Shown: piece after piece, positions 10,270-22,963 of the stretch | Layout: the number at the start of each line of letters is the position of its first letter | How positions within the stretch are numbered: the stretch's first letter is position 1 | Assembly: GCF_963921235.1 (NCBI RefSeq) | Contig: NC_086097.1 | Span: 229,898,001-229,962,000 of the forward strand | Direction: 5' to 3' | DNA: 64,000 bases | Source of the DNA: Mobula hypostoma | Taxonomy: Eukaryota | Translations under genes and position numbers: made by a program | The notes under the pieces: model-generated | Databases searched by the model: none | What the model saw: the letters and a program-made list of their open reading frames with translations, nothing else | What the model was told of the DNA's origin: nothing

Positions 10270-13097
10270 AGAACCATAGAAACTACAGCACAGAAACAGG
10301 CCTTTTGGCCCTTCTTGGCTGTGCCGAACCATTTTCTGCCTAGTCCCACTGACCTGCACACAGACCATATCCCTCCATACATCTCCCATCCATGTATCTG
10401 TCCAATTTATTCTTAAATGTTAAAAAAGAACCCGCATTTTCCACCTCGTCTGGCAGCTCATTCCATACTCCCACCACTCTCTGTGTGAAGAAGCCCCCTC
10501 TAATGTTCCCTTTAAACTTTTCCTCCCTCACCCTTAACCCATGTCCTCTTTTTTTTCTCCCCTTGCCTCAGTGGAAAAAGCCTGCTTGCATTCACTCTGT
10601 CTATACCCATCATAATTTTATATACCTCTATCAAATCTCCCCTCATTCTTCTACGCTCCAGGGAATAAAGTCCTAACCTATTCAACCTTTCTCTGTAACT
10701 GAGTTTCTCAAGTCCCGGCAACATCCTAGTAAACCTTTTCTGCACTCTTTCAACCTTATTTATATCCTTACTGTAATTTGGTGACCAAAACTGAACACAA
10801 TACTCCAGATTTGGCCTCACCAATGCTTTATACAACCTCATCATAACATTCCAGCTCTTATACTCAATACTTTGATTAATAAAGGCCAATGTACCAAAAG
10901 CTCTCTTTACGACCCTATCTAGCTGTGACGCCACTTTTAGGGAATTTTGTATCTGTATTCCCAGATCCCTCTGTTCCACTGCACTCCTCCGTGCCTTACC
11001 ATTAACCCTGTATGTTCTATGTTGGTTTGTCCTTCCAACATGCAATACCTCACACTTGTCAGTATTAAACTCCATCTGCCATTTTTCAGCCCATTTTCCC
11101 AGCTGGTCCGAGTCCCTCTGCAGGGTCTGAAAAAACCTTCCTCACTGTCTACTACTCCTCCAATCTTTGTATCATCAGCAAACTTGCTGATCCTATTTAC
11201 CACATTATCATCCAGATCATTGATATAGATGACAAATAACAATGGACCCAGCACTGATCCCTGTGGCACACCACTAGTCACAGGCCTCCACTCGGAGAAG
11301 CAATTCTCTACCACCACTCTCTGGCTTCTTCCATCGAGCCAATGTCTAATCCAATTTACCACCTCTCCATGTATACCTAGCGACTGAATTTTCCTAACTA
11401 ACCTCCCATGCGGGACCTTGTCAAAGGCCTTACTGAAGTCCATGTAGACAATATCCACTGCCTTCCCTTCATCCACTTTCCTGGTAACCTCCTCGAAAAA
11501 CTCCAACAGATTGGTCAAACATGACCTACCACGCACAAAGCCATGTTGACTCTCCCTAATAAGCCCCTGTCTATCCAAATGCTTGTAGATTCTGTCTCTT
11601 AGTACTCCCTCCAATAACTTACCTACTACCGACGTTAAATTCACCGGCCTATAATTTCCCGGATTACTTTTCGATCCTTTTTTAAACAACGGAACAACAT
11701 GAGCCACTCTCCAATCCTCCGGCACTTCACCCATAGACAGCGACATTTTAACTATTTCTGCCAGGGCCCCCGCAATTTCAACACTAGTTTCCTTCAAGGT
11801 CCGAGGGAACACTCTGTCAGGTCCCGGGGATTTATCCACTTTAATTTTCCTCAAGACAGCAAGCACCTCCTCCTTTTCAATCTGTACAGTTTCCATGGTC
11901 TCACTACTTGATTCCCTCAATTCCATAGATTTCATGCCAGCTTCCTTAGTAAATACAGACGCAAAAAACCTATTTAAGATCTCCCCCATTTCCTTTGGTT
12001 CCGCACAAAGCCGACCACTCTGATCTTCAAGAGGACCAATTTTATCCCTTAGAATCCTTTTGCTCTTAATATACTTGTAAAAGCTCTTTGGATTATCCTT
12101 CACTTTGACTGCCAAGGCAACCTCATGTCTTCTTTTTGCCCTCCTGATTTCTTTCTTAACTATTTTCTTGCACTTCTTATACTCCTCAAGCACCTGATTT
12201 ACCCCGTTTCCTATACATTTCATACAACTCCCTCTTCTTCTTTATCAGAGTTGCAATATCCCTTGAGAACCAAGGTTCCTTATTCCTATTCAATTTGCTT
12301 TTAATCCTGACAGGAACATACAAACTCTGCACTCTCAAAATTTCCCCTTTGAAGGCTTCCCACCTACCAATCACATCTTTGCCAGAGAACAACCTGTCCC
12401 AATCCACGCTTTTTAGATCCTTTCTCATTTCTTCAAATTTGGCCTTCTTCCAGTTCAGAACCTCAACCCTAGGACCAGATCTATCCTTGGTCCATGATCA
12501 AATTGAAACTAATGGTGTTATGATCACTGGAACCAAAGTGCTCCCCTACACAGACTTCTGTCACTTGCCTTAATTCGTTTCCTAACAGGAGATCCAATAT
12601 TGCATCCCCTCTAGTTGGTCCCTCTATATACTGATTTAGAAAACTTTCCTGAACACATTTTACAAACTCTAAACCATCTAGACCCCTAACAGTATGGGAG
12701 TCCCAATCAATGTATGGAAAATTAAAATCCTCTACCACCACAACTTTATGTTGCCTGCTATCTCTCTGCAGATTTGCTCTTCCAAGTCTTCTAACTCATC
12801 ATAACATTCCAGCTCTTATACTCAGTACTTTGATTAATAAAGGCCAATGTACCAAAAGCTCTCTTTACGACCCTATCTGTGACGCCACTTTTAGGGAATT
12901 TTGTATCTGTGTTCCCAGATCCCTCTGTTCCACTGCACTCCTCAGTGCCTTAGCATTAACCCTGTATGTTCTACCTTGGTTTGTCCTTCCAATGTGCAAT
13001 ACCTCACACTTGTCTGTATTAAACTCCATCTGCCATTTTTCAGCCCATTTTCCCAGCTGGTCCAAGTCCCTCTGCAGCCTCTGAAAACCTTCCTCAC
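10270..13097 (-). mobile_element. young CR1 LINE, 5'-truncated and frameshifted, with an extra RT segment at its 5' junction
   Basis: ORFs 12481-12741 (APE: DFNFP..ILDLLL..SDH), 12186-12428, 10937-12223 ([14 protein letters not shown]) and 10512-11075. The 3' tail is at 10270. Segment ~12793-13097 repeats ~10837-11146. Confidence 0.95.
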
Positions 13098-13304
13098 TTT
13101 GGTAGGTGTTCTTTTTCCAAATTCTTTATATTGATAGGCACGTCTTTATTGACCGGGGATGACTGGTCGCATAAAGAATACGTTCAGAGCTGATACGATG
13201 GTGATGCTCTCAAGCAAGATGTCTAATAGTGAAAGCTACAGAGTGCCCCATAAAACCATAAGGCATAGGAGCAGAATTAGGCAATTCGGCCCATCAAGTC
13301 TGTT
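13098..13304 (+). repeat. right copy of ~210-bp direct duplication
   Basis: Near-identical to 10059-10269. Confidence 0.93.
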
Positions 13305-14870
13305 CTGCCATTCCATGATGACTGATCCATTATTCCTTTCAGCCACATTCTGTCCTCCCCATAACTCTTGACACCATGACTAATCAACTAGTCAACCTAT
13401 CAACTTTTAAATATACCCAATGACTTGGCCTCCACAGCCATCTGTGGCAATGAATTGAAATTCACCACCCTCTGGCTAAAGAAATTCCTCTCCATTTCTA
13501 TTCTGAAAAATGTCCTTCTATTCCGGGGTTGTGCTCTCTGATCCTGAACTCCACCACTATATGATACATCCTCTTCATATCCACTCTCTAGGCCTTTCAA
13601 TATTCAGTTGGTTTCAGTAAGATTTCCCCCCTCATTCTTCCAAACCTCAGCAAGTACAGGACCAGAACCATCATGCACTCCTCATATGTTAACCCTTTCA
13701 TTCCCATGGTCATTCTCATGAACCTCTGGACCCTCTCCAATGCCAGCACATCCTTTCTAAGATGAAGGGGCCCAAAAAGCTCATAATACTCCAAATGCAG
13801 CCTGACCAATGCCTTATAAAGCCTCAGCATTATATCCTTGCTTTTATATTCTAGTCCTCTCAAAATGATTGCTAACATTGCATTTGCATTCCTTACTACC
13901 AAATCAACCTGCAAGTTAACCTTTAGGGCATCCTGTAAGTAGACACCCAAGTCCCTTTGAACCTTTGATTTCTAAATTTGCTGCCTGTTTAGAAAGTAGT
14001 CTAATATACTCATTCCTTCTACCAAAGTACATGACCCTACACTGTATTCCATCTGCCACTTCTTTGCCCATTCTCCAAACCTGTCTTGTCTTTCTACAGA
14101 CTTCCTGCTTCCTCAGCACTGCCTGCCTCTCCACCCATCTTTGTATCCTCCACAGACTTGCCCTGAAAGCCGTCAACGCACACAAAATGCTGGAGGAGCT
14201 CAGCAGGTCAGGTAGCATCTATGGAAAATGGGCAGTTGACGTTTCAGGCCAAAACCCTTTGGCAGGACTGAAGGGTTTTGGCCCGAAACGTCAACTGTAC
14301 CTTTTTCCCATAGATGCTGCCTGACCTGCTGTGTTCCTCCAGCATTTTGTGTGTGTTGCTCAGATTTCCAGCATCTGCAGATCTTCTCTTGTTTCTGAAA
14401 GCTGTCAGTTCCTTCTTCCAAATCACTGACATATAATGGGAAAAGAAGCAGTCCCGACACTGACTCCTGTGGTACACCACTGTCACCGGCAGCCAACTAG
14501 AGAAGGCTCCTTACTGTAATATTATGGTGTCTTATCTTGTTAAGCAGCCTCATGAGTGGCACCTTGTTCAGAGGCCTTCTGAAAATCCAAGTAAACAAAA
14601 TGCAGTGATTCTCCTTTGTCTCTCCTGCCTGTTATTTTGTCAAAGAATTCCAACAGATTTGTCAGACAAGATTTTCCCTTAAGGAAACCATGCCAACTTT
14701 GGCCTATTTTATCATGTGCCTCAAAATCTCATTCTGTATAAGCATCTTACTTGCCAACTACTGAAGTCAAACTGACCTCGCTTTTACCTCCCTCACTTCT
14801 TTAAAGAGTGACATTTGCAGTTTTGCAGTTCTCCAGAACCATTCCAGAATCTAGTGATTCTTGAAAGATC
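13250..14870 (-). mobile_element. older CR1 LINE fragment, interrupted at 14176-14394
   Basis: ORFs 13597-13950 (LYKALVRLHLEY..), 13400-13600 and 14200-14496 (SGVPQESV). Confidence 0.85.
14176..14394. mobile_element. palindromic Penelope-terminus mini-insertion with 13-bp TSD
   Basis: Inverted arms of about 85-90 bp meet near 14265. Flanks are ctgaaagccgtca (14163-14175) and ctgaaagctgtca (14395-14407). Confidence 0.85.
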
Positions 14871-14874
14871 GTGA

Positions 14875-15561
14875 AAGCGTTCTTCCTGTTGCCTGACACA
14901 GGGAAAGATATTGCCAGCATTCTTCTCAACTGCCTTTAAACTACTGAAAAACTGCTCCCTAAATCAATGCAAGATGTCACCTATCTGGAGGCACAAAGAC
15001 AGCACTAAGAAAATTGCCAGGAGTAGCCAGCTACTTTACAAGGCCTTCTTTGGTCTCACCAAAGCCTTTCACTCCATCACTCATGAGGAACTACAACCCA
15101 CCCCAAAAACTTAAGCTGCTGACAGAAATTCCAGCGTCCCCGCCATGACAGCACGCAACCCGTGATACCAACCAATGGATGTACACTCTCCGTGAAGACT
15201 AGTGTCAAACAAGGCGACGTCATTGCCCCAGAACTTCTCTCAGTATTTCTTACCACAGTGCTGCAATCCACCTCCATGAAACTTCCCGTGGGATAGGAGT
15301 AGAGCCATCCTCAGAATTAACGGGAAACTATTCAACTTAGGGTAACTACTCTCCAGAAGCTTGGTCAGCCAAGCTTCAGTAATTGAACTGCTGTATGTGA
15401 TGATGTTTGCATTTGTACCTGCTCGAAGGCAGAGCTCCAAGGTAAAATTGATTTGTTCACTGATCCATACGGAATGATGAACCTTGCGTTCAATATCCAC
15501 AAGGTTATCTACCTAACTAGCTCCACCATACCAATCTGTTCTCTGACAACAAAAGTTCATA
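14875..15561 (+). mobile_element. decayed RTE-clade LINE RT fragment
   Basis: Remnants AFFGLTKAFHSI (cf. FVDLTKAFD), TSVKQGDVIAP (cf. GVKQGCVLAP) and ELLYVMM (cf. LLFADD). Confidence 0.6.
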
Positions 15562-15565
15562 CCAA

Positions 15566-16129
15566 TGAAACACTCTGGTACTGTCGGCTGCGTAAGTGTA
15601 GGGAAGGCAATCTTGGGCCCCGCCAAACGTGTGAGATTGAGGTGCGAGCCCACCCTGAAACCCCCCGTTTGTGTGGATGCTGCGTGATTTGTTACCCTGT
15701 CAGAAATCAGTACCACGAAACAACAGATAGTACACCGCATACAATTAAACGATTTAGCGTTATTCTGAATTTGACTAAAGAGTTAGTGAAGAAAAAACAA
15801 AAAAAAAGAAAAGGGCCCATATTAATGAAACAATCTAATGTGCACAAGTTGGAGCTCACGGTCTCCCCTTTGCCGATCCTCCTTTGATCTGCCCGGGCTT
15901 CGTCAGATCATGGCTCCACTCCGGGTTGAGTTCTGCGGTGTCTTCTCCCTTCATCTCCCGCCGAACCAAAGACCAGCTTACATCGGCGTCAGGCACACAA
16001 CATGAAAACACGTTCCCTTCATTGGATGGCTCACATTCCAAAGCACCCTTTATCTCTAATCATAACCCAAAGACTACTTCTAAAGAAAAACCATTACGTT
16101 AGAAGTGAAACCTTTCCCAGAATGTTACA
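15566..16129. mobile_element. solo LTR (564 bp) with 4-bp TSD CCAA
   Basis: TG..CA termini. Inverted ends tgaaacactctgg / ccagaatgttaca match 11/13. ccaa occurs at 15562-15565 and 16130-16133. Confidence 0.8.
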
Positions 16130-16174
16130 CCAAGACCCTATAAAACTTTCACATCTTCCACTGTGTTGGGAGCC

Positions 16175-16470
16175 ATAGTCATAGAAAAGTATAGCACAAA
16201 AACAGGCTATTTGGCCCATTTAGTCTGTGCCAAACCTTTTAAACTGCCTAACCCCATCATCCTGCACTGGTACCATAGCCCTCCATATGCCTATCATCCT
16301 TGTACCTAGGAAAACTTCTCTTAAACGTTGAAATTGAAATGGCACGCGCCATTTATGCTGGCAGCTCATTCTCCGCACTCGCAACCCTCTGAGTAAAGAA
16401 GTTTCCCTTCATGTTCCCCTTAAATTTTTCACCGTTCACCCTCAACCCATGATCTCAAATTGTCGTCCCA
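16175..16470 (-). mobile_element. CR1 3' end fragment
   Basis: Same 3' UTR as 8135-8402. Confidence 0.7.
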
Positions 16471-16559
16471 TCCAGATGTCCTGCGAAGTGAATTCAGGGA
16501 GCAGACTCAGTGATCAAATTCATTTAAAGTAGAGCTGGAACAGGTGAAATAGTGTAGAT

Positions 16560-19255
16560 GGAGTCATAGAACACAACAACACAGGAACAGGCCCTTTGGC
16601 CCAATTTAGTTCATGCTGAAATATTATTCTGTCCAGTCCCATTGACCTACATTCGGACATCAGCCCTCCATACGCCTCCCATCCATGTACATATATAAAT
16701 TCCTCTTAAATGTTGAAATCAATCCTGATTTTCCATTTCCACTTCCACGCTCAGCTCGTTCCACACTCTTACCACCCTCTGAGTGAATAAGTTCCCCCTA
16801 AATATTTCACCTTTCACCCTGTGTACATGACCTCCATTTGTAGTCTCACCCAACCTCAGAGGAAAAAAGCCTGCTTGCATTTACCATATGTACACCCCTC
16901 TTAATTTTGTATACCTCTATCAAATCCCCCCTCAATCTTCTATGTTCCAAGGAATACAGTCCTAACCTATACTTTATACTTTATTGTCGCCAAACAATTG
17001 ATACTGGAGCGTACAATCATCACAGCGATGTTTGATTCTGCACTTCCCGCTCCCTGGATTACAAATCGATAGTAAATATTAAAAATTAAAATTATAAATC
17101 ATAAATAGAAAATAGAAAAATGAAAAGTAAGGCAGTGCAAAAAAAAAACCAAGAGGCAGGCCCGGATATTTGGAGGGTACGGCCCAGATCCGGGTCAGGA
17201 TCCGTTCAGCAGTCTTATCACAGTTGGAAAGAAGCTGTTCCCAAATCTGGCTGTACGAGTCTTCAAGCTCCTGAGCCTTCTTCCTGAGGAAAGAGGGACG
17301 AAAAGTCTGTTGGTTGGGTGGGTCGTGTCCTTGATTATCTTGACAGCACCGCTCCGACAGCATGCAGTGTAAAGTGAGTCCAAGGACGGCAGATTGGATT
17401 GTGTGATGTGCTGCGCCGTGTTCACGATCTTCTGCAGCTTCTCCCGGTCTTGGACAGGACAACTTCCATACCACGTTGTGATGCACCCTAGAAGAATGCT
17501 TTCTACGGTGCATCTATAAAAATTAGTGAGGGTTTCAGGGGATAGGCCAAATTTCTTTAGTTTTCTCAGGAAGTAAAGGTGCTGGTGGGCCTTCTTGGCA
17601 GTGGACTCTGCTTGGTTGGACCAAGTCAGGTCATTTGTGATATTGACCCCGAGGAACTTAAAGCTTTTGACCTGTTCCACTTGCGTACCACCAATGTAAA
17701 TTGGGTCGTGCGGTCCGCTACTCCTGAAGTCAACAACAAATTCCTTCGTCTTGCTGACGTTGAGGGATGGGTTATTGTCTTCGCACCATGCCACCAGGTT
17801 CTTAATTTCCTCTCCACTCAAACTCATCATTACCCGAGATACGGCCTACAATTGTTGTGTCATCAGCAAACTTATATATCGAGTTCGATGGAAACTTGGC
17901 TACACAATCATGGGTGTACAGTGAGTACAGCAGGGGGCTGAGTACACAGCCTTGTGGGGCACCGGTGCTCAGAGTGATTGTAGAGGAGAGCTTGTCCCCT
18001 ATTTTTACAGCCTGGGTCCTGTCTGTGAGGAAGTTGAAGATCCAGCTGCAATCTATTCAATTTTTCCTTATAACTCAGGTCCTCTAGACCCAGCAACATC
18101 CTAATAAATGTCCTCTATATTCTTTCAGCATCTTTCCTGTAGGTATGTGACCAAAACTGCACACGATACTCCAAATTAGGCCTCACTAACATCTTTTCAA
18201 CTTCAGCATTACATACCATTTCCTGAACTCAGTACTTTTATTTATGAGATCCAATGTGTCAAAAACTTTCTTTACAACCCTGTCTACATCTGACACTACT
18301 TTCAATGAATTATGGACCTGTATTCCCAGATACCTTTCTTCTATAGCAGTCCTCAGTGCCCTACCATTCACTGTGTAAGACCTACTCTGGCTGGCCCTGC
18401 CGAAGTGCAACACCTCACACTTGTCTGCATTAAATTCTGGCTGCAGTTTTTCAGCCCATTTTCCCAGCTGGTCCAGATCCAAGCTTTGATAGTCTTCCTT
18501 GTTGCCCACTACATCCCCAGTCTTGGTGTCATCCGCAAATTTGCTGATCTAGTTAACCACATTGTGATCCATATCATTGATATAGATGGCAAACAACAAT
18601 GGTCTCAGCACCAATTCCTGTGGCACTCTACTAGTCACAGGCCTCCAGTCAGAGAGGCAACCATCTACTACCAATCTCTGGCTTCTCCCACAAAGCTAAT
18701 ATCTAATCCTCATTTACTACCTCATCTTGAATGCTGAGCAACTAAATCTTCTTGACCAACCTCCCACGCGGGACCTTCTCAGATTCCTTGCTAAAGTCCA
18801 TGTAGACAGCACCCATGCCTCGCCTTCATCAACCTTCCTGCTAACTTCCTTGAAAAACTCTATAAGATTGGTTAGACATGACCTACCATGCACAAAGCCT
18901 TGCTAACTATCCAAATACTCGTAAATCCAGTCCCTTAGAATACCTTCCAATAACTTCCCCACAACTGATGTTAGGCTCACCGGCCTATAATTTCCTGGTT
19001 TATTTTTAGAGCCTTTCTTAAACATTGGCTATCCTCCAGTCCTCTGGTACCTCACCTGTCGCTAAGGATGATTTAAATATCTCTGCGAGGGCCCCTGTAA
19101 TTTCTGCATACCCTCCGCAGGGCCCGGCGGAACACTTTGTCAGGCCCTGGGGATTTATTCACCCTAACTTGCCTCAAGACAGCAAACACTTCCTCTGTAA
19201 TCTGTTTAGGGTCCGTTATCTGGATGCTGCTTTGCCTCACTTCCATAGACTGTGC
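16560..19255 (-). mobile_element. CR1 LINE fragment interrupted by Rex1 at ~16970-18050
   Basis: ORFs 18186-18509 ([20 protein letters not shown]) and 19073-19291 (KSPGPD). The 3' UTR is at 16560-16700. Confidence 0.85.
16970..18050 (-). mobile_element. Rex1/Babar LINE, 5'-truncated
   Basis: ORF 17195-17830 WCEDNNPSLNVSKTKE..FKFLGVNITNDLTWS..LYFLRKLKKF..FYRCTVESIL. The [15 protein letters not shown] region is at 17860-17965. An (ATAAAGT)n tail is at ~16970. Confidence 0.9.
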
Positions 19256-19344
19256 TGAGAACCACAGTTCGAGGCACTTCCACCATTGCATACTGTAGGG
19301 TTGGAAGGTGTGGAAAACCCATCAGTCTACTTCCCCAAGGAACA

Positions 19345-19640
19345 GATAAAGGTGAAATGTGAAATGTTTAAGCGGCACATGAGGGGAACTTCACTCAAAG
19401 GGTGGCGAGAGTGTGGAGCAAGCTGCCAGTGCAAGTGATGGATGCAATTTTGATTTCAACATTTAAGAGAAGTTAGGATAGGTACATGGATGGAAGGGAT
19501 ATATGGAGGGCTATGGTAAGGGTCGATGGGACTAGGCATTTTAAATGGTTCAGCATGGACTAGAAGGGCCAAAGGGCCTGTTTCTGTGCTGTAGTTTTCT
19601 ATGACTGCTCCTTTATCTTATATCTTATGACTCTATGACT
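19345..19640 (+). mobile_element. CR1 3' end
   Basis: ..gggcctgtttctgtgctgtagttttctatgac terminus. Confidence 0.7.
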
Positions 19641-19909
19641 ATAATGGAAAATTGATGTCATGGTGATGTAATATTAATGAAATCAGTTGTTTTCAACTAA
19701 AAGTGGTGATAAATTCTGCATAAAATAAGTTTGCAAATTTTATAGGTAATATTTTTGAAGAAAAAGCTGGGTTTATGCACTAATTCATTGCCACAGACAG
19801 GCCAAGTCATGGGGTATATTTAAAGCAGAGGTTCTTGATTCCTAAGAGCACCAAAGGTTATGGGGAGAAGGCAAAAGAATGCAGTTGAAAGGGATAATAA
19901 ATCAGCCAG

Positions 19910-21770
19910 ATGGCCTATCACTAAAGAGATAGTGATGAGTAAACTAGAGGGCCTGCAGGTAGATAAGTCCCCTGGTCCTGATGGGATACATCCCAGGGTG
20001 CTGAAGGAATTGGCAGAGGTTATAGTAGACGCGTTGGTAATCATTTATCAAAACTCTCTAGACTCTGGGCAGGTCCCGGCGGATTGGAAGACAGCAAATG
20101 TCACGCCACTTTTTAAAAAAGGATGTAGGCAAAAGAACGGGCAACTATAGGCCAGTTAACTTAACATCTGTAGTTGGGAAAATGCTTGAAGCTGTCATTA
20201 AGGAAGAAATAGTGAAACATTTAGAAAGGAGTGGTTCCATTAGACAGATACTGCATAGATTCAGAAAGGACAGGTCCCGTTTGACAAACTTACTGGAGTT
20301 CTTTGAGGACATAATGAGTGCAGTGGATAGAGGAGAACAGGTGGATGTCGTATACTTGGATTTTCAGAAGGCGTTTGATAAGGAGCTGCACAAGAGACTT
20401 ATAAATAAGATATGGGTGCATGGAGTCAGAGGAAGTATATTGGCATGGATAGTGCATTGGTTAACCGATAGAAGGCAGAGAGTTGGTATAAATGGGCATT
20501 TCTCTGGTTGGCAGTCAGTGGTGAGTGGGGTACCGCAGGGGAAGGTGCTGGGCCTGTAGCTGTTTACCATTTACATTGATGATTTGGAAGAGGGGCCTGA
20601 GTGTAGCATAGCAAAATTTGCTGATGACACTAAACTGAGTGGAAAAGCAAATTGTACAGAGGATGTGGAGAGTCTGCAGAGGGATATAGATAGGTTAAGT
20701 GAGTGGGCCAAGGTCTGGCAGATGGAATACAACGTTGGTAAATGCGAGATCATCCACCTTGGAAGGAATAATAGAAGAGCAGATTATTATTTAAATGGTG
20801 AAAGATTGCAGCATGCTGTTGTGCAGAGGGACTTGGGAGTGCTTGTGCATGAATCACAAAAAGTTGGCTTGCAGGTACAACAGGTTATTAAGAAGGCAAA
20901 CGGAATGTTGGCCTTCATTGCTAGAGGGATTGAAATCAAGAACAGGGAGGTCACGCTGCAACTATACAGGGTACTGGTGAGGCCTCACCTGGAGAACTGC
21001 ATGCAGTTCTGGTCTCCATACTTGAGGAAGGTTATACTGGCTTTGGAGGCAGTGCAGAGGAGGTTCACCAGGTTGATTCCAAGGAAGAAGGGGTTAACCT
21101 GTGAGGAGAGATTGAGTCGCCTGGGACTATACTCTCCGGAGTTCAGAAGAATGAGAGGGGATCTTACAGAAACATACAAAATTTTGAAAGGGATAGATAA
21201 GATAGAAGTAGGAAAGTTGTTTCCATTGGTAGGTGAGACTAGAACTCGGGGACATTGCTTCAAGATTCAGGGGAGAAGATTTAGGACGGAGATGAGGAGA
21301 AACTGTTTTTCCCAGAGATTGGTGAATCTACCGTGCCCATGGTCTGCTCTTTATCAAATTATGGTATTGGTTTGCACTGTTGTAACTATACGTTATAATT
21401 ATGTGGTTTTGTCAGTTTTAGTCTTGGTTTGTCCTGTGTTTTCTTGTGATATCATTCTGGAGGAACGTTGTATTATTTTTTAATGCATGCATTTCTAAAT
21501 GACAATAAATGAGGACTGAGTGTCCTCATAATCTAATAATCTAATCTAATCTGTGGAATTCTCTCTCCAGGGAAGCAGTTGAGGCTTCCTCACTAAATAT
21601 ATTTAAGATACAGTTAGATAGAATTTTACATAGTAAGGAAATTAAGGGTTATGGATAAAAGGCAGGTAGATGGAGCTGAGTTTACGGGCAGATCAGCCAT
21701 GATCTTATTGAATGGTGGGGCAGGCTCCATGGGCCGGATGGCCTACTCCTGCTCCTATTTCTTATGATGT
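19910..21770 (+). mobile_element. CR1 LINE RT-to-3' fragment with a ~220-bp insert at ~21330-21550
   Basis: ORFs 19860-20150, 20098-20559 and 20584-21483 (KFADDTKL). The insert ends in a (TAATC)n tail and the CR1 resumes at aatctgtggaattc. Confidence 0.9.
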
Positions 21771-22395
21771 TATCTTCTATGTATTGTGATCTTAATGGCA
21801 GAACATGGATACAGTGAGAGAAGTGGTAACAAACAAAACCTTTTTTTTGCAAAACATACCATTACAATTTTCATACAGACAAATATAAGAGAGAATGTCC
21901 AGCAAAAGAAGAAATTAGGACGGAATTGGCTGTGAGATAAGTTTTAAGGAATGTCTTACAGAGGAGAGATGTGGAGGGTGAATGAGGTTAAGGGAGTGAA
22001 TTACATTGCTTCAGGTTCAGACTGCACCACCTCCTCCAAAGGCTTAGTCCAATTGTTCATAACTGAGCTCTTCTGCTCCAGGATCCTCCAACTCCGCTTT
22101 GGGGATGGATGCATTCTGTACTCTGGCCTGGAATAGAGGGTATAAGTTAGAAGAAGAAGAAAGACACTCTTGGTTTTCTTCTGGAGCTGTAGAGGCTAAG
22201 GGGAGACCTTTTCGAAGTTTTTAGGATAATGGAGGGATAGATAGAGTAGAAGCCAGTATCTTTTTTCCAGGGTCGATAAGTATAACACTACAGGGCACGC
22301 ACTTAAGGTGAGAGGGCGGTAAGTTCAAAGGAGATGCACAGGGCAAATTTTTTTTTACAGAGTGGTAGCTGCCGGCGTGATAGTGGAGGCAAATT

Positions 22396-22963
22396 CACTT
22401 AGTGGCCAATTTATTATGCACCTTATGTACCTAATAGAGGGGCCATTGAGTGGGTATATCTGTGGTCTCCTACTGCTGTAGCCCATCCGCTTCAATGTTT
22501 GATGTGGAGGACAACATTCAGAGATTATCTCTGCGCACCACTGTTGTAATGCGTAGTAATTTGAGTTACTGTCGTCTTCCTGTCGGCTTGAATCAGTCTG
22601 GCCATTTTCATCTGTCCTCTCATTAACAAGGTGTTTTTGTGCACAGAACTGATGCTCACTGGGTGTCTTTTTGTTTTGTTTCTTGCATCATTCCCTGTAA
22701 ACTCTAGAGATCGCTGTGCATGAAAATCCCAGGATATCAGCAGTTTCTGAGATACTCAAACCACCCTGTCTCACACGGACAATCATTTCACGGTCAAAGT
22801 CACTTAGATCACATTTCTTTCCAGTTCTATGTCTGGTCTGAACAACAACTGAACCTCTTGACCATGTCTGCATGCTTTTATGCAGTGAGTTGCTGCCACA
22901 TGATTGGCTGATTAGATATTTGTAGTAACATGCAGGTGTACCTAATAAAGTGGCCACCGAGTG
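22396..22963 (-). mobile_element. Tc1/mariner-derived non-autonomous element (MITE-like)
   Basis: TIRs cacttagtggccaatttatta / taataaagtggccaccgagtg followed by TA. Residual HTH GKKCDLSDFDREMIV..GLSISETADILGFSCTAISRVYRE. Confidence 0.85.

Noticed and set aside
10937..12223. 428-aa RT ORF as a retron, DGR or other novel RT system
   Set aside because: It is an ordinary CR1 ORF2 fragment, frameshifted at both ends, with many paralogous copies in the window.
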